Assembly: GCA_963665845.2 (NCBI GenBank)
Contig: OY762492.1
Coordinates: 32,001-96,000 of the forward strand
DNA: 64,000 nt
From: Candidatus Poribacteria bacterium
GTDB taxonomy: Bacteria; Poribacteria; WGA-4E; GCA-2687025
Direction of reading: 5' to 3'
The position numbers and the translations under genes were made by a program. A model generated the notes under the pieces. That model searched no databases, was not told the origin of the DNA, and worked only from the letters and a program-made list of their open reading frames with translations. Below, piece by piece: positions 18,976-27,821 of this stretch; the first letter of the stretch is position 1; each line of letters begins with the position of its first letter.

Positions 18976-20125
18976 TCGGGCGCATGGAGGCGGCGCGCGC
19001 CGCAGGATAAAGCCCCGCCGCCATGCCCAGCAATACCGCCCCGCCGGCGCATGCGGCCATCAAGCCGACCGTGATCGACATGATCGGACCGTTCGGCGCG
19101 TAGGTGAGCGCGTTGCGCACAAGCGACTCCACAATTTGCGCCGCCGCCAGCGCCAGGACGCATCCGATAAAACCGCCCGCGGCGCAGATCAGCGTCGTTT
19201 CGGACCAGATCAACCTGAAGATGTCCGCCTTGGAGGCGCCCATCGCTTTCATGATTCCGATCTCCTGCGTCCGCTCAAAAACCGACATGAGAATCGTGTT
19301 GATGACGCCGACCGCGGCGACGATGAGCGCAATCGCGGCGACCGACATGACCAGTATGCGCGCGCTTGACACAAGACCCATGATCGTCTGTTTCACCCGC
19401 GCCATCGTGACCACCTGTATGTCGGGTATTTCGTACATGTCCGCTTCAAACGCGCTTGTCGCGTTCAGTTCTTTCAGCTTGACGCCGACGCCGGTCAGCT
19501 TGTTTTCAAGATGCGGAAAAATGCTCTGCAGCGTTTCCATACGGACAAAAGCCATCGCGTCGTCCTGCGATCCGCTTCGTTCAAAGACGCCGACAACTTT
19601 GAGCGTCTCTTCTGTGCCGTGAACGAGTATGAAATCGCCTGGGCTCCGCTGGTCAAGTTCGGCGGCTTCATACCCAAGAACGACCTCGCCGGCCGCGCCG
19701 GGCGTGAGCCATTCTCCCTCTTTGAATTGCATCCACGGCTTCAACTGCCGATAGGCGTCCGTCACCCCCATGTAGATGCCGGTCGCTTCGCGGTCAGGGT
19801 CGTATGAAGCATGGAGCAGCTGCGGCATAAACTTGTCGACGCGCGGATCGCTCATGATGACCTGCGCCGTCTCTTCGCTGATGTAGGTCGGGTCGACGCC
19901 GCCGGCAAGCATCATCGTCGCGGCTTCGTAGGGGCAGCCCTTCGCCGTGACGAGCATCTGGTAGCCGAGCCTGTCGACATCGTCTTCGAGCGCGTTCTGG
20001 TAGCCGTTGTTGAACCCAAGCAGGCTCACCAGAACCGCCGCGGAGGCCGCGACGCCCGCGAGCGTCAAGGCGGTGCGCGTCTTTCGGCGGAACAGGTTTT
20101 TCCAGCTCAGTTTGAAAAAGCGCAT
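18950..20125 (-). CDS. MacB/FtsX-type ABC permease
   Basis: KNLFRRKTRTALT, SVFERTQEIGIMKAMGA, YPAARAASMRPIEA. Confidence 0.92.
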   Translation of the reverse strand: MRFFKLSWKNLFRRKTRTALTLAGVAASAAVLVSLLGFNNGYQNALEDDVDRLGYQMLVTAKGCPYEAATMMLAGGVDPTYISEETAQVIMSDPRVDKFMPQLLHASYDPDREATGIYMGVTDAYRQLKPWMQFKEGEWLTPGAAGEVVLGYEAAELDQRSPGDFILVHGTEETLKVVGVFERSGSQDDAMAFVRMETLQSIFPHLENKLTGVGVKLKELNATSAFEADMYEIPDIQVVTMARVKQTIMGLVSSARILVMSVAAIALIVAAVGVINTILMSVFERTQEIGIMKAMGASKADIFRLIWSETTLICAAGGFIGCVLALAAAQIVESLVRNALTYAPNGPIMSITVGLMAACAGGAVLLGMAAGLYPAARAASMRPIEAIRKGT

Positions 20126-20143
20126 GTCGTCTCTCCTTTCGCT

Positions 20144-20545
20144 TTATTCGATCGTGTTGCCGAGGCCGAGGATATAAACGGGGGCGTCTTCGGTGAATCG
20201 AACGCGCCCCTGAACGACCGATCTCTTCCCCGCCGAATTTTTGGGGATGGCGTAGGAATCTGACCGCATTTCAAGGTCCACCTTGATCTGCTGCGTCTCG
20301 TCGGCGATGTTGAACCAGCAGCCATGCTCTGGACACACCTTCGCGATCTTGCCTTCGACGCGGACGATTTTGTCATGGTACTCTTCAGGGTTGTTGAGAA
20401 TGTCGGCGATGGCCGTGGTTTCCGTTAAGTCGACCGCTTTCCCGTAGGACTTCTCGCCGGACTTTCCGCAGCCAATCAGAAGCGCGGCGGAGGCGAGAGC
20501 GATGACGAAGAAGCTGTTGCGGAGCGTTGCGGGGCGAATGTTCAT
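20144..20545 (-). CDS. OB-fold-like lipoprotein (DUF4920-like), copy 2
   Basis: Lipobox LIGC; YG...VRVEGKIAKVCPEHGCWF. Confidence 0.75.
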   Translation of the reverse strand: MNIRPATLRNSFFVIALASAALLIGCGKSGEKSYGKAVDLTETTAIADILNNPEEYHDKIVRVEGKIAKVCPEHGCWFNIADETQQIKVDLEMRSDSYAIPKNSAGKRSVVQGRVRFTEDAPVYILGLGNTIE

Positions 20546-20725
20546 TTTGAGTTTCCCTTTCTTGCTTTCAAGGAACTGTTACCGCGCTTTCGTTCAGGTT
20601 GAAAAGTCGGTTTTCAAAGCGTCCATGGTTTCAGTTCCTGGCAGGCGTCAAGGCGGCGCGCGTCTTTCGGCGAAGCAGGTTTTTCCAGCTCAATTTGAAA
20701 ACGCGCGCGCCTTGCTCCTTTCTGG
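20546..20725 (-). pseudogene. duplication scar: permease 5' remnant plus FMN-domain gene 3' remnant
   Basis: ~20645-20705 reads RVFKLSWKNLLRRKTRAALT, nearly identical to the permease start at 20062-20125; ~20560-20610 resembles 21261-21315. Confidence 0.75.
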
Positions 20726-21172
20726 TCACCGGATCGTGTTGCCCATGCCGATGAGTTGTATGGCTCCGTTGGACACGCGAACGCTGGCTTGAACCGACGC
20801 TTCTTTCCCCTTGGAACCCTTCGGAATCACGTACGGGTCGCTGCCCGCATCCAAGACCACCTTGATGCGCTCGGTGCCGTCGGCGATATAGAACCAGCAT
20901 CCCGACATCTGGCACACCTGGCCAATCTCGCCTTCTACGCGGACCGTCTTGCCGTCGTACGCTTCCGCGTTCTTTTTAATGTCGGCAATCGTTGATGTTT
21001 CGGTGACGGTGATCTCCTTGCCGTAAAGAACCCCGTCAGCAGCTTTCTCTTTAGAAGTGGACGTTTCGGGCGCGTCAGCGCCGTTCGTTTCCTTGTCTTT
21101 GGATTTTCCGCAGCCGGCAATCAGCGCAACGGAAATGACGAAAGCGGCGGCGAGAAAAAGGTTGCGTCGCAT
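20726..21172 (-). CDS. OB-fold-like lipoprotein (DUF4920-like), copy 1
   Basis: Lipobox IAGC; VRVEGEIGQVCQMSGCWF; paralogous to 20144-20545. Confidence 0.75.
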   Translation of the reverse strand: MRRNLFLAAAFVISVALIAGCGKSKDKETNGADAPETSTSKEKAADGVLYGKEITVTETSTIADIKKNAEAYDGKTVRVEGEIGQVCQMSGCWFYIADGTERIKVVLDAGSDPYVIPKGSKGKEASVQASVRVSNGAIQLIGMGNTIR

Positions 21173-21249
21173 GTTTCGGTTCCCTTTCTTTTGAAGGAAT
21201 GGTCGCTCGTTCTTTGGTTTCTGGTTGAAAGAGTTTGGAGCCGCTCCTT

Positions 21250-21882
21250 TCATTTCTCTTTCTTGATTTCATGGAATTGCTTGTCGTATTTGCGGTCCAG
21301 GTTGAAAAAGTCGGCGTAGATCAGGTTTTTGCGAACCGCGCGAACGGTCGCTTTGAAGTCGACAGCGCTTTTTTCGTTCGGCGAACGCAGAGCCGCCGCC
21401 TTTTTGGCGTTCAGGTAGAAGTCGCCGAGCGTCAGGTCTTTGAACTGAAGCAGCGTCTCTTCCGTCTTCAACGCTTTCGCGTGCGGCGACACGACCCGCT
21501 GGTACGACACCTTCAGGATCTTCCCCTCCAGATCCAGCGCTGTGAACACCTGCATCGCGCCGAATTGCCCTTTCTGGTTCACCCCAGAGACATAGCCGAT
21601 CGGCTTTTCCCCTTTGAGAACCACATAGGTGGTGTGTTCCAGGTCTGCAGGCTCATATTTTTTGTCCAGTTTGTCGCCGAGACGCGCCTCAAATTCTTTG
21701 ATCAGCGTCTCTCCGCCCGCCTCTTTGAGCGAGCTGACGACCGTTTTGTAACCGGTCGATTCAGGAAAAAACTTGCGGATGTCCCTGTCCGGCTTTTGAA
21801 GTTTGCATGCCGTGATCGCGTCGGCGCCGTTCGGCAGCGCGGCGGCGATCATGAAGGCGGCAAACAGAGCGATTCGTTTCAT
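21250..21882 (-). CDS. exported FMN-binding-like domain protein
   Basis: Signal peptide; IRKFFP..., KGQFGAMQVFTALDLEGKILKV, LLQFKD pattern; no [S/T]GAT motif. Confidence 0.55.
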   Translation of the reverse strand: MKRIALFAAFMIAAALPNGADAITACKLQKPDRDIRKFFPESTGYKTVVSSLKEAGGETLIKEFEARLGDKLDKKYEPADLEHTTYVVLKGEKPIGYVSGVNQKGQFGAMQVFTALDLEGKILKVSYQRVVSPHAKALKTEETLLQFKDLTLGDFYLNAKKAAALRSPNEKSAVDFKATVRAVRKNLIYADFFNLDRKYDKQFHEIKKEK

Positions 21883-21894
21883 GGGGCATTCCTT

Positions 21895-22860
21895 TCAAAA
21901 TGCAGTGTGAAGAAGCATGAGAAGAGCGGGGCGGCGCAGGTCCGTCAACTCTTGGGTGAACGCCGCCTCCCACGCAAACGAGAGCGGACCGCCGCTGAAT
22001 TCTCGGCGCAGCGAGGCGATTGCCCACGCCGCGTCCTGATGAGCGCGCGCGCTGACGGTCAACCGCCACGGGTCCATCGGACGAACGGCGGTCGCTTCGC
22101 CCGCATAAAGCCGCTTGCCGTTTCTCTGCCCGACCGACAGCTCCAAGCGCGGTTCAATCGTTCCGTTGAAGGCGAAGAGGACGGTTTGCAGGTCGAACGC
22201 GGCGCGCTGCTCCCCGTCTTGAATCGACGCGCCGTTCTGATGTTTCCACAGCGCCGAGACGCCGTATTGCATGACGCCGTCCGAATAAGGCTGAACGCGC
22301 GCGGACGCCGTCCATTCGCCTGCTTTCTTGTCGAACGGGTTGCGTTGGTTTCCTCCAAGAACAGCCGCTTCGTAGTCGAAGCTGTCCAGCTGCCCGTTCA
22401 GCGAGGCTCCCCATCGGCGCGCCGGTATTCCGTTCGACATGGACAAGCTGGGTATCAGCTCTCGGTGAAAATCGATAACGGGGTTCAGTCCGAACGGCGT
22501 TTTGAACCGTCCGAGGCGCAGGTTGGCGCGCCCGTTCAGCCCTCTTAAGTTGATGTAGGCGTCATGGATTTCGGCGCCCCAGTCGCCGCTTCTCTGCATG
22601 AAGCGGTTGTCCATGGCGAGGTTTTGCGTATGCGCATACCGCAGCTGCAGGGCGGCGGTCGCCCAGTCGCCGCTCTCGGTCGCCAGTATCTGTACGACTT
22701 CGATGCCGGCGGCGGCGCGGAGGGAGCTGACCAGCTCGTTGTCGGCGCGCGCGCCGCCGGCAGCGAGATAAAGCTCGCCGCTTGCCGTTCCCTCGGCATG
22801 AGCGAACGCGGCGGCCGCCATGCAGGCGGCGTATGTGAGTGTCCAAAGCGGTTTCCGCAT
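21895..22860 (-). CDS. outer-membrane beta-barrel (porin-like) protein
   Basis: Signal peptide; IHDAYINL, LRLGRFKTPFGL, amphipathic strands, terminal Phe. Confidence 0.65.
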   Translation of the reverse strand: MRKPLWTLTYAACMAAAAFAHAEGTASGELYLAAGGARADNELVSSLRAAAGIEVVQILATESGDWATAALQLRYAHTQNLAMDNRFMQRSGDWGAEIHDAYINLRGLNGRANLRLGRFKTPFGLNPVIDFHRELIPSLSMSNGIPARRWGASLNGQLDSFDYEAAVLGGNQRNPFDKKAGEWTASARVQPYSDGVMQYGVSALWKHQNGASIQDGEQRAAFDLQTVLFAFNGTIEPRLELSVGQRNGKRLYAGEATAVRPMDPWRLTVSARAHQDAAWAIASLRREFSGGPLSFAWEAAFTQELTDLRRPALLMLLHTAF

Positions 22861-22926
22861 GATAGGAAACGCCTTCTGTTGCGCAATGAAAGATGAAGGT
22901 TGTTGAAGCGCGCCGGTCTTGTTGAA

Positions 22927-23337
22927 TTAGACGGGGGGCGCTCTAGAGGGGTGGGCGGCGCGTCGAGGCGGAGGAGGAGGAAGCGCGCGGGATTCAAGAC
23001 AGGAGGAAGAGGCAGAAACGGGCGCGTTCAAGGCGGCGGCGCATTCGGTCATGCCAAGATCGAAGGAAGCGCCTATGTTCACCGTTTGCGCGGGGACAAC
23101 AGGCGCATGCTCGGCGCTCTCTTCAACGGAGCAATCGCTAGAGCAGAGCGGCTCTGCCGTCCCGCAACAGCAGGCGGCGGACCCCGTCGGCGAAACGTCG
23201 GCATAGGACGCCAGAAGGACCGCCGTCGGGAGAGTCGCCATCGCCGCTAAAATCAGAAAAATAGCGGCGGCATGTTGAACGCGCTGATGGTTCTTTGTGC
23301 GCATCGTTCCGCTCATGTGTATCGTCATGCCGTTCAC
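22927..23337 (-). CDS. Cys-rich leader protein with C-terminal RAPP motif (DUF2946/CutF/CruR-like)
   Basis: Hydrophobic N-segment, ACCCG..LCSSDC, C-terminus PPPPPRRAAHPSRAPPV*; true start may be one of the downstream ATGs. Confidence 0.7.
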   Translation of the reverse strand: MNGMTIHMSGTMRTKNHQRVQHAAAIFLILAAMATLPTAVLLASYADVSPTGSAACCCGTAEPLCSSDCSVEESAEHAPVVPAQTVNIGASFDLGMTECAAALNAPVSASSSCLESRALPPPPPRRAAHPSRAPPV

Positions 23338-23478
23338 TTTATTTATAACATGCGACGGGCGGGCGAGTCAAGCGTTTCACGATTTTTATGCTCGCCGCTC
23401 CCCTCATGCGCTTCGTCATGCCGTTCACTTTATTTATAACATGCGGCGGGCGGGCGAGTCAAGCGTTTCACGATTTTT
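23322..23478 (-). promoter_or_regulatory. duplicated sigma70-like promoter (66-bp direct repeat, period 91)
   Basis: 23322-23387 and 23413-23478 differ at 1 nt; each contains TTGACT...TGTTATAAAT on minus strand. Confidence 0.75.
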
Positions 23479-23480
23479 GA

Positions 23481-24770
23481 CTAATTTAGACTAGAAAATG
23501 GATTGAATAAACGGACGCAAGACAACTGCCACCGCTTCGCCTCCTCTGCAAACTGGCTGATGTCCATAAAGCGGGCGGGGCGGTCCGAAAGCGTTTCTTC
23601 GTTGCGCACATTCTGCCGCATCCGCGCGATATACTGCGGATGAAGCTCGGTCATGAAGAAATAACGCCCCAGCAGCAGAGCCGCCTTGCCGAGCGTTCCG
23701 CTTCCGCCGAACGGATCAAACACCAGATCGCCCCGAAACGAGTACAGCTTCACCGCCTGCATACACAGCTTCAACGGAAACACGGCGCTATGGACGCGGT
23801 CGGACGCCGGCGCAATCTCCCACACGTTCGAACGTTCAAAATCGTCGTCCACCTTGCTGCGCTGCGCGGCGTCTTCAGAATACTGCCGCAGGTTCCAGTC
23901 GATCAGCCTGCGCGACTTTTTCCGATACACCATCACATATTCGGTTCGCGCGTTCGCTTTGTAGGTCAACGGCGTTCGATTCGTCTCAAAACCCGCGACC
24001 CGATTTTTGACGCTTTTGTCCGGCTTCGCCCAGACGATGTCGTCAATAAACTCCCAGCCCATCGGCGTCAACCGCGCATGCAGGTCGAACGGAACCGCAT
24101 ACCGCCGGCTAGAATACTTGCGCCCCGCCCGCGGAACGATCACCGGCGATGTGTTTAAAACAAAAAACCGCCCCTCCTTCGTCACGCGGTGGACTGCCCG
24201 AAACGCTTCCTCTAAAAAGTCGAGATATTCGCCGTAGCTGCCGTAGATCGCATAGTCGCGCGCGTTGTAGTACGGCGGCGATGTGAAGGTCAGGTGAACG
24301 GACGCCGAAGGGACATGCCCCAGCGTCTGCAGCGCGTCCCCTTGAATCGCCGCGTTTTTCATGAAGTCGGGAGACGCCGCATGCGGCTCCTCCTCAACCG
24401 GCGCATTCCCCTCCAGCTCCTGCGCCACGATGTCCTGAATCATATCGTTCGGATGATTCCGCAGCCCGTTCAAAAACTGAACGACGGACGGATCCGACCG
24501 AAACACAAGCAGCCCGCGAATCGCCTGAAGCGCGATCTCCGGGTTCGGATGCTCCGCGTATTGCGTCAAGATCGGCTTGAGAGACGGATCGCGCTTTCTG
24601 CCGATAGAGGCGGCCGCCTCCCGCTTCTCGGCGGTGGACGCCTCGCTTTCAAGGACGGCGAGGCAATCCTCCAGCGGCATCTCCGCGGATCCCAAGAGGC
24701 GCCGCGTTTCCGTCGGCGCCTCCTCGCTCTCAAAGAGCGGGTTGTCGTAACGCTCTTCCTGGTTGGGCAT
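23481..24770 (-). CDS. beta-class N4/N6 DNA methyltransferase with N-terminal HEAT repeats
   Basis: FTSPPYY catalytic motif precedes DPFGGSGT SAM motif; N-terminal KREAAASIG...ALQAIRGL HEAT-like. Confidence 0.88.
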   Translation of the reverse strand: MPNQEERYDNPLFESEEAPTETRRLLGSAEMPLEDCLAVLESEASTAEKREAAASIGRKRDPSLKPILTQYAEHPNPEIALQAIRGLLVFRSDPSVVQFLNGLRNHPNDMIQDIVAQELEGNAPVEEEPHAASPDFMKNAAIQGDALQTLGHVPSASVHLTFTSPPYYNARDYAIYGSYGEYLDFLEEAFRAVHRVTKEGRFFVLNTSPVIVPRAGRKYSSRRYAVPFDLHARLTPMGWEFIDDIVWAKPDKSVKNRVAGFETNRTPLTYKANARTEYVMVYRKKSRRLIDWNLRQYSEDAAQRSKVDDDFERSNVWEIAPASDRVHSAVFPLKLCMQAVKLYSFRGDLVFDPFGGSGTLGKAALLLGRYFFMTELHPQYIARMRQNVRNEETLSDRPARFMDISQFAEEAKRWQLSCVRLFNPFSSLN

Positions 24771-24774
24771 GGTT

Positions 24775-25626
24775 TCAGTCCAGCCCCGCTTGATCCCACA
24801 CCTCTTTGAGCGCGTTTCCGACAACGCGCGCCGCTTCGTCCTTGTCTTCGATGCTGTTCAGCTTTTTGCTGAACGGCTCTGGGGTGACGGGACCGTCAAA
24901 ACCGATCTCGTTCAGCGCCTGCAGAAAGCCGACCAGATCGATGACGCCTGTTTCGCCCGGCAGGCAGCGGACGCTGTCGATCTGCTCTAAGACATCCACG
25001 CCCGCCGGCGCGTCGTTCACATGGACATAGACCACCTCCTCCGCGACCAGCTGGCGCAGGTCGGTGAGGGTGCTTTGGCAGGTGTACCAGTGCCAGCAGT
25101 CAAGCAGCAGCCCGACATTGCCTGTGCCGATGGCGCATCCGATCGCGAGCATCGCGTCCATCGTATAGACGCAGCCGTATCGGGCGCCGCGGCGCGAGGT
25201 GTGCGGACCGATGAACTCAAGACCGAGAACGCACCCGTAGTCGAGCAGAACCTTCGCCGTCAGGCCGAATCGGCGGACGAAGAAGTCGAACTGCTCCTGC
25301 CGCGTTTTGTCGTTTGACCATCCCGCGACCCATGTCATCGTGCGGTATGATCCGAGCTCCGCCGCCAGCTGCGCGTGTTCCGGCAGCTTGGACAGGCTTT
25401 CGTAAAATTGCGCGTCGGTTCCGTTCCAGTGAACGGGCAGCGGCCATGCGCCGATGCGGATTCCCGCCTCGTCATACATCTCCTTGACCGCCGACGCCCC
25501 CAGTTGATGCGCTTGACCCAGATTCAGGTCAAGCCCCTGAAAACCGCCGATCTTTGCGTAATGCAGCCCCTTTTCAATCGTGTCGGCATGAATGCCGACG
25601 GCGCCGGGCGATAAGTTTCGGTACAT
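24775..25626 (-). CDS. sugar-phosphate isomerase/epimerase (TIM barrel)
   Basis: LGLEF, LLLDCWHW, HVND, LPGETGVIDL, PEPFS. Confidence 0.88.
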   Translation of the reverse strand: MYRNLSPGAVGIHADTIEKGLHYAKIGGFQGLDLNLGQAHQLGASAVKEMYDEAGIRIGAWPLPVHWNGTDAQFYESLSKLPEHAQLAAELGSYRTMTWVAGWSNDKTRQEQFDFFVRRFGLTAKVLLDYGCVLGLEFIGPHTSRRGARYGCVYTMDAMLAIGCAIGTGNVGLLLDCWHWYTCQSTLTDLRQLVAEEVVYVHVNDAPAGVDVLEQIDSVRCLPGETGVIDLVGFLQALNEIGFDGPVTPEPFSKKLNSIEDKDEAARVVGNALKEVWDQAGLD

Positions 25627-25628
25627 TT

Positions 25629-26408
25629 TTACCCCACTTCCTGTCCGTCCAGTCTCCCCACATCAAGATTCGCTTCCTCGCGCGTCTCGATTTTAGAAAC
25701 GCGCCCGTCCTGAATATGAATGATGCGGTCGGACACATCCAGCATTTTCAAGTCATGCGTCGCCGTGATGATCGTCGTGTTCTTCTCCGCGTTCAGCTCT
25801 CTCAACAGGTTGATGATCTCGATTCCTGTCTTTGTGTCCAGGTTGCCGGTCGGCTCGTCCGCCAAGATGATGGACGGATCGTTTGCAAAAGCGCGCGCGA
25901 TGGCGACGCGCTGCTGCTGACCGCCCGACAGCTCCACCGGCTTATGCCGAAGCCGGTCGCCCAGCCCCACCATGCCCAATATCTGCGCCCCTTTCTCAAT
26001 GGAATCGTCCCCCGTGCCGCCTGCGAAGATCATTGGCAGCGTCACATTTTCCAGCGCCGTCATGACCGGTATCAGGTTGAAGGTTTGAAAAATATACCCG
26101 ATCTTGCGGCAGCGCAGCCATGCCAGCTCATAGGCGTCCAGCTGCGCGATGTCCACCTCGTCAATGTAGACGCGCCCCTCCGTCGGCTTGTCGAGTCCGC
26201 CGACCATGTTGAAGAGCGTCGACTTGCCCGAACCGGACGGACCGACGATGGAGATATACTCGCCGCGCCGTATCTCTAAGTTCACCCCGCGCAGCGCCTC
26301 TACGACCACATCGCCCATCTCGTATTTCTTGACAACGTTGCGAACGCGCACCGCGTTCTCGACAATCTGTGACGGCGCCGCCGCGGCGGCCGCTTGCTCT
26401 GGAATCAT
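25629..26408 (-). CDS. ABC ATPase (LolD/MacB type)
   Basis: GPSGSGKS, LSGGQQQR, ILADEPTGNLD, ATHD. Confidence 0.93.
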   Translation of the reverse strand: MIPEQAAAAAAPSQIVENAVRVRNVVKKYEMGDVVVEALRGVNLEIRRGEYISIVGPSGSGKSTLFNMVGGLDKPTEGRVYIDEVDIAQLDAYELAWLRCRKIGYIFQTFNLIPVMTALENVTLPMIFAGGTGDDSIEKGAQILGMVGLGDRLRHKPVELSGGQQQRVAIARAFANDPSIILADEPTGNLDTKTGIEIINLLRELNAEKNTTIITATHDLKMLDVSDRIIHIQDGRVSKIETREEANLDVGRLDGQEVG

Positions 26409-26866
26409 CGTCTTTTGCCCGCCTTTCCTCGTTTTGCTTGTTGGATAGCTTCTTTAGCCGCTTCTGGCGCGGCAAATGCCAGTATACCGCGTTTTCCAAG
26501 ATTGCGGAAGAACGCCGCCAGCGACGTCTCCGACTCCCGGCGCGTCATTCGAAAACGTTCCGATAAACGGCGCGCAATCTGCTCAAAGGTCTGCTCCCCG
26601 TCGCACTCCCGCCACACAAACGAACCGACCTTGTCCAGCGCCACAACGCGCGTTTTCGGCAGATCCATCACCCGAATCAAAATGCGGAAAAGACGCTTCT
26701 GATCCGCCGGTATGATGAGCGACACCTCGCCGCGTTCGTCCGTTTCCCACTTCACCTTCGGGTTGCGGAACGGCACCGATTTGAGCACATCCGCGCGGTT
26801 GCGCTGAACCGGCGGACGCTTTTTCAAGCGGAGGGCGGTCAGCGCGCGGTTCAACGCCTGCCCCAT
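26405..26866 (-). CDS. PqqD-family / RiPP recognition element protein
   Basis: VALDKVGSFVWRECDGEQTFEQIARRLSERF...FFRNLGKRGIL is a PqqD winged-helix pattern; ATG overlaps upstream TGA. Confidence 0.8.
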   Translation of the reverse strand: MGQALNRALTALRLKKRPPVQRNRADVLKSVPFRNPKVKWETDERGEVSLIIPADQKRLFRILIRVMDLPKTRVVALDKVGSFVWRECDGEQTFEQIARRLSERFRMTRRESETSLAAFFRNLGKRGILAFAAPEAAKEAIQQAKRGKAGKRR

Positions 26867-27783
26867 CAGCCGCGCATGCTCTCTGCGATGGGGCGTATCC
26901 ACCGCTCAAGCGGCCCCTTGCCGGTCGCGCGGGCGACATAAATGCGGTTCGTTGTTTCATCGTTCCAGAAGTAGCCGCGCGTCGTCGGACGGCGGTAGCT
27001 CCGTTCCCACGGCTTCGGGAATCGCACATCCCATAGCCGATAGACGCCGCCCATCTCCTCAACAGGATCGGCAGCCAGGACGGAGCCTTTGATCTCTTTT
27101 CGATAGGCGCCGCGGAACCAGTCGTCTAGGCTCGCGTTCTCAAGCAGCGCGTCCGCCAGCCCGTAGCGTTCAACAGCGATGCGCCGCGACCCGTCCGTGA
27201 ACGACATTAGAATATACCCGTTCATGAACTGCGTTTTTTCAAGGCGGAACCGCCTCGGCGTTTCGACCTCAAATCCGTATGCTGTCCATAGGTTGAGTCC
27301 ATTTTCGGGATGGTCTCGAAACGAGCTGAAGATGCGCGACGCGGTTTGACGCAGATTTTCGCCGCTGGGCGGTCCGATCGCCTGTATCATGACCGCGCGG
27401 CAGCAATGTTCGCAGCGCATGACAGCGCCGAACGCCCTGTATCCGCCTTTCCATGAGAAAAAAAGCGCTTCTTTGTTTTCATAAAACGCGGCGTATTTGC
27501 CCGATTTGGGGATCAAGCGGCGGTCGCGCCGTATTTCAATGTTTCCGATCTGTTTTCGGTAGGTTTTTTGAACGCCCTTCAGATACTGGTTTGCCGTTTT
27601 ATCTAGGTTGAATTTGCGCTGCGCTTTGCTCCATTTCAGCTCAAGGCGGGGCTGATTGGCGTCGTCTAGGCGGAGATAGCCTTCCCATGGATCATGCGTC
27701 TTTGGGGCGCCCGCCAGCTCCCAGTCCGCCGGCATCTCCGCCGACATCCCTTGCCATCCAAATCGTACCCAGCCGTCCAACAT
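26866..27783 (-). CDS. hypothetical protein with two similar halves
   Basis: FGWQGMSAEMPADWEL vs WTAYGFEVETPRRFRL; CEHC motif; operonic. Confidence 0.7.
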   Translation of the reverse strand: MLDGWVRFGWQGMSAEMPADWELAGAPKTHDPWEGYLRLDDANQPRLELKWSKAQRKFNLDKTANQYLKGVQKTYRKQIGNIEIRRDRRLIPKSGKYAAFYENKEALFFSWKGGYRAFGAVMRCEHCCRAVMIQAIGPPSGENLRQTASRIFSSFRDHPENGLNLWTAYGFEVETPRRFRLEKTQFMNGYILMSFTDGSRRIAVERYGLADALLENASLDDWFRGAYRKEIKGSVLAADPVEEMGGVYRLWDVRFPKPWERSYRRPTTRGYFWNDETTNRIYVARATGKGPLERWIRPIAESMRG

Positions 27784-27821
27784 GGCGGCTTTTCTCCCAT
27801 TTCATGCGTTCATGCGCGGCG

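Noticed and set aside
20631-20915. 94-aa ORF ending in permease-like sequence
   Set aside because: Chimeric reading across the duplication scar
21235-22548. Long antisense ORFs (also 41931-43295, 54129-55385, 33866-34996, 48093-49070)
   Set aside because: Shadows of well-supported genes in GC-rich DNA
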